From Paracoccus sp. (in: a-proteobacteria) (GTDB lineage: Bacteria > Pseudomonadota > Alphaproteobacteria > Rhodobacterales > Rhodobacteraceae), in the NCBI RefSeq assembly GCF_030538495.1, contig NZ_JAUNTW010000008.1, forward strand, positions 82,683 to 146,682: a stretch of DNA of 64,000 bases, read 5' to 3'. The position numbers and the translations under genes were made by a program. Every line of letters begins with the position of its first letter. The first letter of the stretch is position 1. Below are positions 63,612 to 64,000 of the stretch, piece by piece. The notes beneath the pieces were generated by a model that searched no databases, was not told where the DNA came from, and saw only the letters and a list, made by a program, of their open reading frames with translations.

Positions 63612-64000
63612 ATGCAGATTTATCTTCCCATTGCCGAGGTTTCGGTTAACGCGTTCACCTTGATGGGTCTTGGCGGGCTGGTCGGGGTCATGAGCGGTCT
63701 GTTCGGCGTCGGCGGTGGGTTTTTGATCACGCCGCTGTTGTTTTTCATCGGGATCCCACCGGCGATTGCCGTGGCAACCGGGGCCAATCAGGTGGTCGCG
63801 TCCTCGGTGTCTGGCGTTCTGGCGCATATGAAGCGGAAAACCGTTGATTTCCGAATGGGTTGGGTGCTGCTGGCCGGTGGTCTGGTGGGGTCTGGTCTGG
63901 GCGTCATGGTGTTTAACCTGCTGCAAGGGATTGGTCAGGTCGAACTGGTCGTGCAGCTGTGCTATGTCGTGTTTCTGGGCCTGATCGGCAGTATGATGTT
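63612..64000 (+). CDS. TauE/SafE-family (sulfite/anion exporter) membrane protein, 3' end truncated by the window
   Basis: MQIYLPIAEV...GVGGGFLITPLLFFIGIPPAIAVATG is typical of the TauE family. It is not in the supplied ORF track because it runs off the window. Confidence 0.7.
   Translation, partial: MQIYLPIAEVSVNAFTLMGLGGLVGVMSGLFGVGGGFLITPLLFFIGIPPAIAVATGANQVVASSVSGVLAHMKRKTVDFRMGWVLLAGGLVGSGLGVMVFNLLQGIGQVELVVQLCYVVFLGLIGSMM

Overview
This is a high-GC (~64 %) alphaproteobacterial chromosome segment with Rhodobacteraceae-like gene content and synteny. It is dense housekeeping DNA. I see no transposase, integrase, CRISPR array or phage genes.

Gene content, left to right:
- (i) A branched-chain keto-acid dehydrogenase operon: bkdA1 (5' end truncated by the window), bkdA2, bkdB, lpdV and a leucine dehydrogenase. 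It is followed by a TetR-family regulator, panC and panB (minus strand) and a tRNA-Gly(GCC).
- (ii) A divergent uvrA / pyruvate carboxylase pair with an alphaproteobacterial LexA box between them.
- (iii) A complete 14-gene nuo (complex I) operon interrupted by six or seven non-nuo ORFs, in the arrangement known from Rhodobacter and Paracoccus. It is followed by birA, coaX, rnj and trmB.
- (iv) A membrane and metal island: a UPF0104/LPG-synthase-like membrane protein, a PfkB-family kinase and zinT with a Zur-like box.
- (v) A five-gene minus-strand membrane-stress-like cluster: a TelA-family protein, a DUF2927-like lipoprotein, a DUF2853-like protein, an SPFH/flotillin-like protein with a GYF-like tail, and a double zinc-ribbon membrane protein.
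- (vi) A minus-strand lipid-catabolic operon, MerR-MerR-acyl-CoA dehydrogenase-fadA-fadB, divergent from two PaaI-type thioesterases.
- (vii) kpsT-kpsE-kdsA, pcm-tolC-DUF2497-like, and nlpD-pcm-surE divergent from a TauE/SafE-family permease (3' end truncated by the window).

The most unusual sequence-level signal is a conserved ~22-bp motif, gAgTATTT-N3-CACAGAAGAag, present five times in intergenic DNA. One locus is an inward-facing inverted pair forming an ~87-bp MITE-like structure between the acyl-CoA dehydrogenase gene and fadA. Copies are usually flanked by GC-rich hairpins. I cannot assign it to any regulator or repeat family I know.

Other points of interest:
- a strong hairpin sequestering the ribosome-binding site of the SPFH gene;
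- a 23-codon valine-rich micro-ORF, made of a (GTY)n tract, between nuoJ and nuoK;
- a BCKDH E2 gene with two lipoyl domains whose first ~60 nt are nearly identical;
- tandem 33-bp direct repeats plus a perfect 11-bp hairpin in the surE/tauE divergent region;
- an AT-rich island next to tRNA-Gly.

All functional calls are from reading the translated ORFs and sequence motifs by eye. No database search was run. Pfam and DUF names are recalled from memory and are only as reliable as that.
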